From positions 40,871-75,011 of the forward strand of contig CAYXAP010000044.1 in the NCBI GenBank assembly GCA_964462035.1: a DNA stretch of 34,141 nucleotides. The letters are read 5' to 3'. Both the position numbers and the translations under genes were made by a program. The notes under the pieces are model-generated. The model was given only the letters and a program-made list of their open reading frames with translations, was not told where the DNA came from and did not search any database. Below are positions 1 through 7,676 of the stretch, piece by piece. The stretch is from an uncultured Sandaracinus sp. (GTDB taxonomy: Bacteria; Myxococcota_A; Polyangia; Polyangiales; Houyiibacteriaceae). The number at the start of each line of letters is the position of its first letter. Position 1 is the stretch's first letter.

Positions 1-90
1 CGCCACCTTCGCGGGCGGCTCGCTCTTCGGCGCCACCTTCGCGGGCGGCTCGCTCTTCGGCGCCACCTTCGCGGGCGGCTCGCTCCTCGG
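1..90. repeat. Three tandem copies of a 30-bp direct repeat (cgccaccttcgcgggcggctcgctcttcgg; third copy has ctcctcgg). It lies inside the minus-strand pseudokinase ORF and encodes a 10-aa Pro/Ala/Lys-rich repeat (EPPAKVAPKS)n.
   Basis: Exact repetition visible at positions 1-30, 31-60 and 61-90. The reverse-complement translation is in frame with the upstream kinase-like domain. Confidence 0.85.
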
Positions 91-957
91 TGGTTCGACG
101 ACCGCCGGCTCGCTCTGCTTCGCCGGGGGGAGGGTCGACGGGTTCGCCACGCCGCCGTCCGCGAGCATGCCGCGGAGATCCGTCGCCGTGGGTCGGTCCC
201 GGCCCTCCTCGGCCATCGCTCGCTGGATGACCGTCGCCAGCTCGGGGTTCGCTTCGAGCGCTCCGAGCGCGGCTTCGTCCAGATCGCCGCCGGGCGCGAC
301 ACCCGTGAGCAAACGGTGGAGGAGGGCGCCTACCGAATAGATGTCGGACGCGGGTCCAGGGGCGTTCGGCCCGGCCAGCCGGTTCTGCAAGACCTCCGGA
401 GCGAGGTAGCGGCGCGCATTCCGACCAGAGCCTCGACCGGTCGGGCCGGTCACGTCGGGTCCGACTCGTCGCAGCAGAGGCGCGATGCCCAGACCGAGCA
501 GACGGATGCCATCGGGCTGCAGCAGCACGTTGTTCGGGGTCAGGTCGCCGTGGTGGAGCTCGATGGCATGGACCGCCTCGAGGGCGCCCAGGATCTGGTC
601 GATCATCTCGACCGCGCCCTCGACGGGCATGGCGCCATCGAGCATGTCCGCCATCAGCACGCCCTCTTCCCGCTCCCACGCGACGAAGGGCACGCCGCGC
701 TGGACCCCGAGGTCGTGGATCGGCGGCGCGGGGAGCTGGCTCTGGGCCTTCAGTCGTTCGAAGGTGCGGTGGAAGAGCCGGCTCTGCTCGGGGCTCGACT
801 CGCAGTCGAGGGGGAGCACCGCCACCGCGAGATCGCGATGCATCAACCCCTTGGCGGCATACACCAGCGCCAGCCCGTTCCAGGGGAGGCTCTCGCGGAT
901 CTCGAAGCGTCCGGCGAAGAGCCGAGCGATGGTCTCCTGCTTTTCGTCCGCGCTCAC
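1..957 (-). CDS. Ser/Thr protein kinase-like protein, predicted pseudokinase. The gene is partial: its C-terminus runs off the window start. The N-terminal kinase-like domain is followed by a Pro-rich repeat region.
   Basis: The reverse-complement translation reads ...RFEIRESLPWNGLALVYAAKGLMHRDLAVAVLPLD...IELHHGDLTPNNVLLQPDGIRLLGLGIAPLL...RYLAPEVL...DIYSVGALLHRLLTG. The kinase fold is recognisable and APE is present. The G-loop is degenerate, the VAIK Lys is absent (VAVL), HRD becomes HGD, and DFG becomes GLG. The ORF is missing from the provided track only because it has no stop inside the window. The start is uncertain: a GTG at 957 or a TTG at 1074 in the same frame. Confidence 0.6.
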   Translation of the reverse strand, partial: MSADEKQETIARLFAGRFEIRESLPWNGLALVYAAKGLMHRDLAVAVLPLDCESSPEQSRLFHRTFERLKAQSQLPAPPIHDLGVQRGVPFVAWEREEGVLMADMLDGAMPVEGAVEMIDQILGALEAVHAIELHHGDLTPNNVLLQPDGIRLLGLGIAPLLRRVGPDVTGPTGRGSGRNARRYLAPEVLQNRLAGPNAPGPASDIYSVGALLHRLLTGVAPGGDLDEAALGALEANPELATVIQRAMAEEGRDRPTATDLRGMLADGGVANPSTLPPAKQSEPAVVEPPRSEPPAKVAPKSEPPAKVAPKSEPPAKVA

Positions 958-1083
958 GGCTGCGGAGCATACCTCCCCCGGCGTTGGGACGGAGAGCCCC
1001 AATTCAGGGATGCTCTCCGAGATGCGAGTAATGAAATCATTGGGTTTTTGTCCGGATAATGCTCGATCAGACAAAGGTTGTTG

Positions 1084-1098
1084 ACACGAATATCGTGT
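1084..1098. promoter_or_regulatory. Perfect AT-rich inverted repeat ACACGA-ATA-TCGTGT, overlapping a perfect TTGACA hexamer at 1081-1086. Candidate MarR operator and promoter element in the 140-bp divergent region between the pseudokinase gene and the MarR gene.
   Basis: Read directly from the sequence. Palindromic operators overlapping their own promoters are typical of MarR-family autoregulation. The sequence is atypically AT-rich for this genome. Confidence 0.35.
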
Positions 1099-1615
1099 GA
1101 CTCAAGAATTGGGGCCCGTGACGCAGCCACTGGAACGAGTCCTCCCCGAGCCCCCCGAGAACGCCTCCGAGCGGCAACGACCTCCTGCGCTCCTCGCCTA
1201 TCTCGAGCTCCTTCGCTCCCATGAGGCGCTCTCCTCGGAGATCGCCCACTTCTTCGGCGAGCGAGGCATCACCTCTCAGCAGTTCAACGTTCTCCGCATC
1301 CTCGCGGACGACATGGAAGGCGTCGGGCTCCGGTGCTCGGGCATCTCGGAGCGGTTGGTCAACCGAGTCCCGGACATCACGCGCTTGCTCGATCGCCTCG
1401 AGCGCGCGGGTCTGGTCGCACGCCACCGTGACGCGCGCGACCGTCGTGTCGTGCGTGCCTCGTTGACCGCCGAGGGCCGCGCGCTCGTCGAGCGCATCCA
1501 GGGACCGCTCGAGGACGTCTTCCGGCGGCTCTTCGATCACCTCGACGAGGGCGAGCTCGACCAGCTCTCCTTCCTCTTGAAGAAGGCGCGCCGCGCCGAA
1601 GGAACCTCCCGATGA
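1097..1615 (+). CDS. MarR-family winged-helix transcriptional regulator
   Basis: The translation ...SQQFNVLRILADDMEGVGLRCSGISERLVNRVPDITRLLDRLERAGLVARHRDARDRRVVRASLTAEGRALVE fits the MarR wHTH pattern (DRR...LT.G). The listed start is a GTG inside the palindrome; the true start may be the GTG at about 1118. Confidence 0.7.
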   Translation: MTQELGPVTQPLERVLPEPPENASERQRPPALLAYLELLRSHEALSSEIAHFFGERGITSQQFNVLRILADDMEGVGLRCSGISERLVNRVPDITRLLDRLERAGLVARHRDARDRRVVRASLTAEGRALVERIQGPLEDVFRRLFDHLDEGELDQLSFLLKKARRAEGTSR

Positions 1616-2130
1616 GCTCCCGTTCGAACACCACGCGGATCGACGAAGCCACCATCCGAGAGCTGGAGCCGACGCTGGTCGGTTACGCACGCCGACGCGT
1701 CGGCAGCGCCGACGTCGCCGCGGACCTGGTCCAGGACACCTGGATGGCCGCGCTCCGGAACATCGACAGCTTCGCCGGTCGTTCCAGCCTCCGGACCTGG
1801 TTGGTCAGCATCCTGCGGCGGAAGATCGTGGACCTCTACCGCCGGGACCGGAACAACGTCTCGTTCCTGGAAGAGCACCACGGCGACAGCTGGATCCCCA
1901 GGCTCGACGGACGCATCGACGACGAAGCCGCGGTCCAGGAGGTCGGCAAGGCCCTCGAGCACCTGCCGGACAAGGAGCGCGAGGCGATCACCTACATCGA
2001 CGTCCTGGACCTCGAGCGTGAGGAAGCGGCGTCGAAGATGAGCGTCACCCGAAACCACCTCCGCGTGCTGCTGCACCGTGGCCGTCTCAAGCTCCGCGCG
2101 ACCCTCGAGTCACGCGACCTCGCCGCCTAG
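1612..2130 (+). CDS. ECF (sigma-70 family group 4, sigma-24-like) RNA polymerase sigma factor
   Basis: Region 2 is ...DLVQDTWMAALRNIDSFAGRSSLRTWLVSILRRKIVDLYRR. Region 4 is ...EREAITYIDVLDLEREEAASKMSVTRNHLRVLLHRGRLKLR. The start ATG overlaps the MarR stop (ATGA). Confidence 0.85.
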   Translation: MSSRSNTTRIDEATIRELEPTLVGYARRRVGSADVAADLVQDTWMAALRNIDSFAGRSSLRTWLVSILRRKIVDLYRRDRNNVSFLEEHHGDSWIPRLDGRIDDEAAVQEVGKALEHLPDKEREAITYIDVLDLEREEAASKMSVTRNHLRVLLHRGRLKLRATLESRDLAA

Positions 2131-2218
2131 AGCGGCCATCCGTTTGAAAGCACCGCCACGACCGCGACTTGCGGCACCCGCTCGGCTTACCTCCAAACGG
2201 ATTGCCGCTCTGGCTCGC

Positions 2219-3124
2219 TCAGATCAGGGGCGTGGTGGGAGCGATGGTGGTGACGCCGGCGCCGTAGAAGAGGTCGGCCCCCGTGTCGCTCTCGGCGAGC
2301 GTGGCGTCACCGGTGTCGATGTCGATCGCCAGCAGTCGACCGAGGCTGTCGAACGCGTAGAGCTGGTTTCGCCAATACGCGAGCCCGAAGAGGCGTGAGC
2401 TTCCGGTCGGGCCGATGGGCGTGATGGCGCCCGTCATCGGATCGAGACGCACCAGCCAGTCGCTGTCCAGGTCGTCGCGGAACGCGGTCACGAACGTGCC
2501 TGCTCCTTCGACCGAGACGATGTCCCCACTCGAACCGTAGCCATCGGCGAAGGTGCCGATGGCTGTCGCGGCCCCCGAGCTTCGGTCGATCCGATAGGTG
2601 TCGCCCTCCGCCGTCGCCGCGATCAGCACTTCGGCGCCTGGGTCGAGCACGCCCGGCGGAACGAAGGTCAATGCGTTGAACCGAACGTCGCTGCTGACGT
2701 CGAGGGGACCGATGAGGGTCGTCGCCGCGGTCTCGGGATCGACCGCGTAGAGGTTGTCGAAGCTGCACGTGACGAGGTTGCCGTCTCGGTCCACTGCGAG
2801 GTCGGTCATGTCCTCGGCTGGCTCACCGCCCGAGAGCAGGAACGAGCCCACGAGCGTGACCGTGTTCTCCCGGGGGTCGAAGGCGTAGAGCTCACGCGGC
2901 GAGTGCGCCCAGACGATCACGTCGTCGACCTGGTCACCGAGGTCGGGTGGAGGCCCGAAGTCCCTCGCGGCCGCCATGTCGGTGGTTCCCGCGTCTCTTG
3001 CGTCCGGGAGCGCGCGACGGGGTTCGTCACCACAAGCGGAAGCGAGGAGAGACAGCGCGAGAGTCCATCGGAGCGTGGTCACGAGCGGACCATGCACCAC
3101 GACGGCTTTCAGCCGATTCCGCAA
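2219..3124 (-). CDS. Lipoprotein with repeated beta-propeller-like motifs (LY.FD...G..T.IGP)
   Basis: A TTG-initiated signal peptide MRNRLKAVVVHGPLVTTLRWTLALSLLASAC carries a lipobox Cys. The mature part has about 5 repeats of the form LYAFDP...TLVG / LYAVDP...TLIGP / YRIDR..TAIGT / RLDPMTGAITPIGP / LYAFDS..LLAID. The ORF-track extension up to 3766 is antisense to tag and was rejected. Confidence 0.55.
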   Translation of the reverse strand: MRNRLKAVVVHGPLVTTLRWTLALSLLASACGDEPRRALPDARDAGTTDMAAARDFGPPPDLGDQVDDVIVWAHSPRELYAFDPRENTVTLVGSFLLSGGEPAEDMTDLAVDRDGNLVTCSFDNLYAVDPETAATTLIGPLDVSSDVRFNALTFVPPGVLDPGAEVLIAATAEGDTYRIDRSSGAATAIGTFADGYGSSGDIVSVEGAGTFVTAFRDDLDSDWLVRLDPMTGAITPIGPTGSSRLFGLAYWRNQLYAFDSLGRLLAIDIDTGDATLAESDTGADLFYGAGVTTIAPTTPLI

Positions 3125-3139
3125 TGACCACGGACCGTT

Positions 3140-3158
3140 GAGTGAGTCGCGCTCACTC
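3140..3158. promoter_or_regulatory. Inverted repeat GAGTGAG-N5-CTCACTC in the divergent lipoprotein/tag intergenic region
   Basis: Perfect 7-bp arms read from the sequence, 40 bp upstream of the tag start. Confidence 0.25.
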
Positions 3159-3199
3159 TGCGGCGGGCTCGTCACAGGGCTCGGGTAGGGTCCCCGGCC

Positions 3200-3826
3200 A
3201 TGAGCGATGATGGCCTGGTCCGCGGCGATGACGGCAAGACTCGGTGCTGGTGGCCCGGCACCCACGAGGACTATGTCCGCTACCACGACGAGGAGTGGGG
3301 GACGCCGATGGCGGACGACCACCGCCTCTTCGAGAAGATCTGCCTCGAAGGCTTCCAGTCGGGTCTGAGCTGGCTGACGATCCTCCGGAAGCGCGACCGT
3401 TTCCGGGAGGTCTTCCACGGCTTCGACTTCGAGCGCGTCGCTCGCATGGGGAAGCGCGACGTCGACCGGCTCGTCGAGGATGCGGGCATCATCCGCCACC
3501 GCGGCAAGATCGAGTCGGTGCTCAACAACGCGAAGCGAGCCGTCGAGCTCGCGGAAGCCGAGGGGTCGCTGGCCGCCTGGTTCTGGCGCCACGAGCCCCC
3601 GAAGAGCGCTCGCCCGAAGAAGGTGGTCAAGGGGGCCATCCCGGCGAAGACCGAGACCTCGACGGTGGTGTCGAAGGCGCTCAAGAAGCAGGGCTGGAGC
3701 TACGTCGGTCCGACCACCGTCTACGCTTTCATGCAGGCGATGGGTCTCGTGAACGACCACCTCCACGGCTGTTTTGCCCGAAAAAGGGTGGAGAGAGAGC
3801 GAAAGGCCTTCGAGCGACCGACCTGA
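3200..3826 (+). CDS. tag: DNA-3-methyladenine glycosylase I
   Basis: The N-terminal RCWWPGTHEDYVRYHDEEWGTP... and ...FEKICLEGFQSGLSWLTILRKRDRFREVFHGFD... are hallmark Tag motifs, including the Zn-binding Cys/His positions. Confidence 0.85.
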   Translation: MSDDGLVRGDDGKTRCWWPGTHEDYVRYHDEEWGTPMADDHRLFEKICLEGFQSGLSWLTILRKRDRFREVFHGFDFERVARMGKRDVDRLVEDAGIIRHRGKIESVLNNAKRAVELAEAEGSLAAWFWRHEPPKSARPKKVVKGAIPAKTETSTVVSKALKKQGWSYVGPTTVYAFMQAMGLVNDHLHGCFARKRVERERKAFERPT

Positions 3827-3890
3827 GCATCCACTGAGCCGTCATTCATTTTGGGGTGCGTCGATGACGTGGGCCGGGTAGAACGGACTC

Positions 3891-4403
3891 ATGGCCGCAG
3901 TCTCCATCCAGCGTTTGCTCCCTTCCATCGAGTCGGGGGACCGCAACTTCATCCGCGATGCCTGGGACCGGCTCCACAAGCTCCCCGGCGGCAAGACCAT
4001 CTTCTCGAAGATGGTCGGCCGCGCGGCTCCCTACACCGGCACCATCGGCGCGAAGGTGGTCGCGCTCTCGCACCTGCGCAGCGAGGTCGTGCTCGAGGAC
4101 AGGCCCGCAGTGCGCAACCACCTGCGCTGCGTCCACGCGGTCGCGTTGGTGAACCTCGCCGAGCTCACCGGGAACGTCGCGCTCGCCTACAGCATGCCCG
4201 ACGATGCCCGCTTCATCGTCGCCGGTCTGGAGATCGAGTACATCAAGAAGGCGCGCGGCACGATCACCGGCGTCTGTGAGTGCCCGCCGGTCGAGACCAG
4301 CGACCGGCAGGAATACCGGGTGCCCGTCTCGCTGCGGAACTCCGCCGGCGAAGAGGTGGCCCACTGCACTCTCCGCACACTCGTCGGACCGAAGAAGCAG
4401 TGA
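3891..4403 (+). CDS. Hotdog-fold thioesterase-like protein (DUF4442 / PaaI-like)
   Basis: 170 aa. The segments ...YTGTIGAKVVALSHLRSEVVLEDRPAVRNHLRCVHAVALVNLAELTG... resemble the DUF4442 hotdog family. Good GC3 coding signal. Confidence 0.55.
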   Translation: MAAVSIQRLLPSIESGDRNFIRDAWDRLHKLPGGKTIFSKMVGRAAPYTGTIGAKVVALSHLRSEVVLEDRPAVRNHLRCVHAVALVNLAELTGNVALAYSMPDDARFIVAGLEIEYIKKARGTITGVCECPPVETSDRQEYRVPVSLRNSAGEEVAHCTLRTLVGPKKQ

Positions 4404-5413
4404 GTCTCGCGTCGGCGCTCGGGCCCTACGTCCGCCTGGCGCTCGACTGCGTCCACCGGGAGTACCCCAATCAGATCAGCCACCGGCTCGAGTCGGACGC
4501 CGATCTGAAGCCGCCCCGCGAGCTGCATCCGGCGTTCTACGGTTGCTACGACTGGCACTCCGCCGTCCACGGCCACTGGTTGCTGGCGCGGGCGCTGCAC
4601 CTCTGTCCGGATGCGTCCTTCGCGGAGGAGGCGAGCAGCGCGCTCGAAGCGAATCTCCGGCCGAGCGCCATCGCGGGCGAGCTGAGCTACCTCCGCGCGC
4701 GTCCCTCGTTCGAGCGGCCCTACGGGCTCGCCTGGCTCCTGCAGCTCGACGCCGAGCTCCGCGAGATGGGGTCACCGCACGCCGCGACCCTCGCGCCCCT
4801 GGCGAAGCTCGGTCGTGACCACCTCGCTGGTTGGCTCCCGAAGCTCGAGCACCCCGTCCGGTCCGGGACCCACTCGCAGACGGCGTTCGCGCTGGGCCTC
4901 GCGCTCGATTGGGCCCGGGGCCGTGGCGACACCGACTTCGAAGCGCTCATCCTCGAGCGTGCCCGCAGCTACTACGGCGAGGACCGCGCCTACTCGCTCG
5001 AGCGCGAGCCCTCCGGCGAGGACTTCCTCTCACCGGCCTTCGGCGCCGCCGATCTGATGCGCCGCGTGCTCGCGCCCGACGAGCTGGCCACGTGGCTCGG
5101 CCGGGCGTTGCCGCGGATCCCCGTCCCCGGGGTCGCCTCACCCTTCGGCTGGTGGACGCCGGCAAAGCCGAGCGATCCCGAAGACGGTCGCCTCGCGCAC
5201 CTGGACGGCCTCAACCTCTCTCGCGCGTTCATGCTCGACGGTGTCTCCGTGGCGCTCCCGGAAGGCGACGAGCGGATCGAGGCGCTCGTGGAAGCCCGCG
5301 ACCTCCATCAGGATCATGGTCTCACTGGTGCGAGCTTCCACAGCTACTCCGGTGCGCACTGGCTCGGCACCTTCGCGACCTACCTGATCACGAAGCGAGG
5401 CATCACGAGCTGA
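4400..5413 (+). CDS. DUF2891-family protein of unknown function
   Basis: The GTG start overlaps the upstream stop (GTGA). The translation ...HPAFYGCYDWHSAVHGHWLLARALHLCPD... carries the conserved DWHS motif of DUF2891. The ORF-track extension to 4280 overlaps the DUF4442 gene and was trimmed. Confidence 0.55.
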   Translation: MSLASALGPYVRLALDCVHREYPNQISHRLESDADLKPPRELHPAFYGCYDWHSAVHGHWLLARALHLCPDASFAEEASSALEANLRPSAIAGELSYLRARPSFERPYGLAWLLQLDAELREMGSPHAATLAPLAKLGRDHLAGWLPKLEHPVRSGTHSQTAFALGLALDWARGRGDTDFEALILERARSYYGEDRAYSLEREPSGEDFLSPAFGAADLMRRVLAPDELATWLGRALPRIPVPGVASPFGWWTPAKPSDPEDGRLAHLDGLNLSRAFMLDGVSVALPEGDERIEALVEARDLHQDHGLTGASFHSYSGAHWLGTFATYLITKRGITS

Positions 5414-7676
5414 TCGCCCGCACCCGGATCTCGATCGGGTCGCTTCGCTCGCCGTCGGCGATGGCCACGATGCGGTGCCGTCCAGGGCTCACCCGCCACT
5501 CACGACCCACCAGCACGCCGTCCACCTCGAAGCGAGCATGGGCTTCGACCGGGCCCCGGCGTGCGCGCATGCGCCATGTGGGCGCCGCGTGAGGGTTCAC
5601 GACCACTTCGTCGCCGTCGCTAGGGAAAGCGAGCTCGAGGCGATGGCGCCGGCTCTCGGTCGCTCGGATGCGCGTCTCGGCGCGCCGCACCGTCTCGACC
5701 CAGCGCGCGTAGCGGGGCGGAAGGTGGGTGACACCCGCGGCGTCGTGAAAGGGGCAGGTGCCTTCGGGCATCGTGCCCTCGACGAAGCGCTCGGCGACCG
5801 GCGCACCGCAGCCGGGCCCAGGGAAGGCGCCGCTGAGTGGACACACGTGGTGCGTGACCATCGCCACCGCCGGCGCTTCGACCTCGCCCGGCATCCGAGC
5901 GCGGGCGTTCCCCAGGATCGTCGCCGCGACGGGCGCGGCGGCCTCGAAGCCGGCGACCTCCGCGAGCGCGCCGCCTTCCGGATCGCCCAGCCAGACCACG
6001 ACCGTGTGCCGCTCGCCGATCGCGCTCGCCCAGGCGTCGTGCCAGCCGCTGCTGGTGCCGGTCTTGAGCCCGAACCCGCCGCCAGCGAGGTCTTCGAGGT
6101 CGGCGCCGAACGCGTCCTTCCGCGCGCGACCGTCGCGGAGGACGTCGAGGGTCAGCGCCGCGGCGCCTTCGTCCATCACCACGGGACCGTCATCGCCGTG
6201 ACCCTTGTCGAAGCGTAGCGCGACCGGCGTCCCACCGCGCGCGAGCGTCGCGTAGGCACGCGCCAGGTCGACCGGTCGCACGTCCGGTCCGCCGAGCGCG
6301 ATCGCCGCGCCGTACTCGTGCGCGTCGCCCAAGCCGCGAATCCCCAGCGCTCCGAGGCGCTCCACCACGCGCGCGGCGCCGACCCTGCGCGCCGCGTCGA
6401 TGGCCGCCAGGTTGAGCGAGCTCGCCAGCGCGATCCGGGCGCGCACCGGCCCACGCTCCCGGCCGTCGTAATCCTCCGCCTCGAAGATGGCACCGTCGCC
6501 TCCCACCATCGGGCGCGCGATGTCGTCCAGCACCGTCGCCGCGGTGCCGCCCTCCTCGAAGAGCAGCTCGTAGACGAAGGGCTTGAGTGACGACCCCGGC
6601 TGCCGCGGCGCCCGAAGCAGGTCCAGCGCTCCACCGACTCCGTGCTGTTCGGCGGCCCCGACATAGGCGAGCACCTCGCCGCTCCGATGGTCGAGCACCA
6701 TCGCCGCGCCATTGGTCACGCCGCGATCCCCGAGGCTCCGCACGGCGGATTGGACCGCTGCGCGGGTCGCTCGCTGCAGCTCGAGGTCGAGGCTGGTCTC
6801 GATCGTTCCGCGGCGGCTCGGGTGTCTGCCGCCGCGGTTCGCCTCCAGCACGCGGTCGACGAAGCGCGGCGCGAACCACGGCCGAGTCGAGTCCGACACG
6901 ATGTGTGGCCTGGTCGCGAGCGCAGCGTCGTGGGCGGCCTGGTCGATCGCGCCGGTTGCGAGCATGCGTGCCAGCACCGTGGCGCGCCGACGCATCGCCC
7001 GCGGAAGATGACGCCGTGGCTCGGTCGCGCTCGGTGCCTGCGGCACACCCGCCAAGAGCGCCGCCTCGCTCAGGGTGAGCGCCGAGGCCGGCTTGCCGAA
7101 GTAGGCCTCGCTCGCGCGTCCCACGCCCACGATCTCGTCGCCGAAGGGCACCCGGTTCAGATACTGCTCCAGGATCTCGTCCTTGGTCATCGCGTCCTCG
7201 AGCGCGAGCGCCCGGAGGATCTCGAGCGGCTTGTCCCAGAGCCCATGGGGCCGGCCGTAGACGAGCTTCACCGTCTGCTGGGTGATCGTGGACGCGCCGC
7301 TGAGCCGACGGTTCGGCAAAGCCCACGCCAGGGCGGCTCGCGCGCTGGCGCCGAGATCGACACCCTCGTGCTCGCGGAAGTCGCTGTCCTCGATGGCGAC
7401 GAAGGCCTCGATGAGGTTCGGCGAGATGTCGTCGAGCTCCACCCAGCGCCGGTCCTCGCCGTCGGGCCGCGTGAGCCGCAGTGGTCGTCCCTCCCGGTCG
7501 ACCACCGAGACCCCGTCGCGGTACTGCACGAAGCGCGCGCGGTCGATCAGCCGGGGCTTCACCAGTGGCCAGCCGATCGCCGCGGCGATCACCACCGGCA
7601 AGAGGATCTTCAGGCCCCGGACCGTGATCCGCCCGAGGGCTCGGCCGACACGCCGGAGCCGCGAGCCCTCGCTCAC
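5403..7676 (-). CDS. pbpC: Penicillin-binding protein 1C (bifunctional transglycosylase/transpeptidase)
   Basis: An N-terminal TM anchor is followed by the glycosyltransferase-51 motifs ...AFVAIEDSDFREHEGVDL...STITQQTVKLV.... A transpeptidase domain follows. The ATG overlaps the upstream A2M stop (ATGA). This is the classic A2M-pbpC pairing. Confidence 0.85.
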   Translation of the reverse strand: MSEGSRLRRVGRALGRITVRGLKILLPVVIAAAIGWPLVKPRLIDRARFVQYRDGVSVVDREGRPLRLTRPDGEDRRWVELDDISPNLIEAFVAIEDSDFREHEGVDLGASARAALAWALPNRRLSGASTITQQTVKLVYGRPHGLWDKPLEILRALALEDAMTKDEILEQYLNRVPFGDEIVGVGRASEAYFGKPASALTLSEAALLAGVPQAPSATEPRRHLPRAMRRRATVLARMLATGAIDQAAHDAALATRPHIVSDSTRPWFAPRFVDRVLEANRGGRHPSRRGTIETSLDLELQRATRAAVQSAVRSLGDRGVTNGAAMVLDHRSGEVLAYVGAAEQHGVGGALDLLRAPRQPGSSLKPFVYELLFEEGGTAATVLDDIARPMVGGDGAIFEAEDYDGRERGPVRARIALASSLNLAAIDAARRVGAARVVERLGALGIRGLGDAHEYGAAIALGGPDVRPVDLARAYATLARGGTPVALRFDKGHGDDGPVVMDEGAAALTLDVLRDGRARKDAFGADLEDLAGGGFGLKTGTSSGWHDAWASAIGERHTVVVWLGDPEGGALAEVAGFEAAAPVAATILGNARARMPGEVEAPAVAMVTHHVCPLSGAFPGPGCGAPVAERFVEGTMPEGTCPFHDAAGVTHLPPRYARWVETVRRAETRIRATESRRHRLELAFPSDGDEVVVNPHAAPTWRMRARRGPVEAHARFEVDGVLVGREWRVSPGRHRIVAIADGERSDPIEIRVRAISS

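Noticed and set aside
1-90. Considered whether the 30-bp tandem repeats could be a CRISPR array or another non-coding repeat
   Set aside because: There are no spacers: the repeats are directly adjacent and nearly identical. They are in frame with the upstream kinase-like ORF and encode a Pro-rich peptide repeat.
316-1084. Plus-strand ORFs 316..1059 and 485..1084
   Set aside because: They are antisense to the kinase-like domain that reads cleanly on the minus strand. No recognisable motifs.
2219-3766. 515-aa version of the lipoprotein ORF
   Set aside because: The upstream 214 codons are antisense to tag (3200-3826), lack coding character and have no signal peptide. A TTG at 3124 gives a proper lipoprotein signal.
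4280-4399. N-terminal 40-codon extension of the DUF2891 ORF
   Set aside because: It overlaps the 3' end of the DUF4442 gene in another frame. The GTG at 4400 gives a GTGA coupling and a conserved start.
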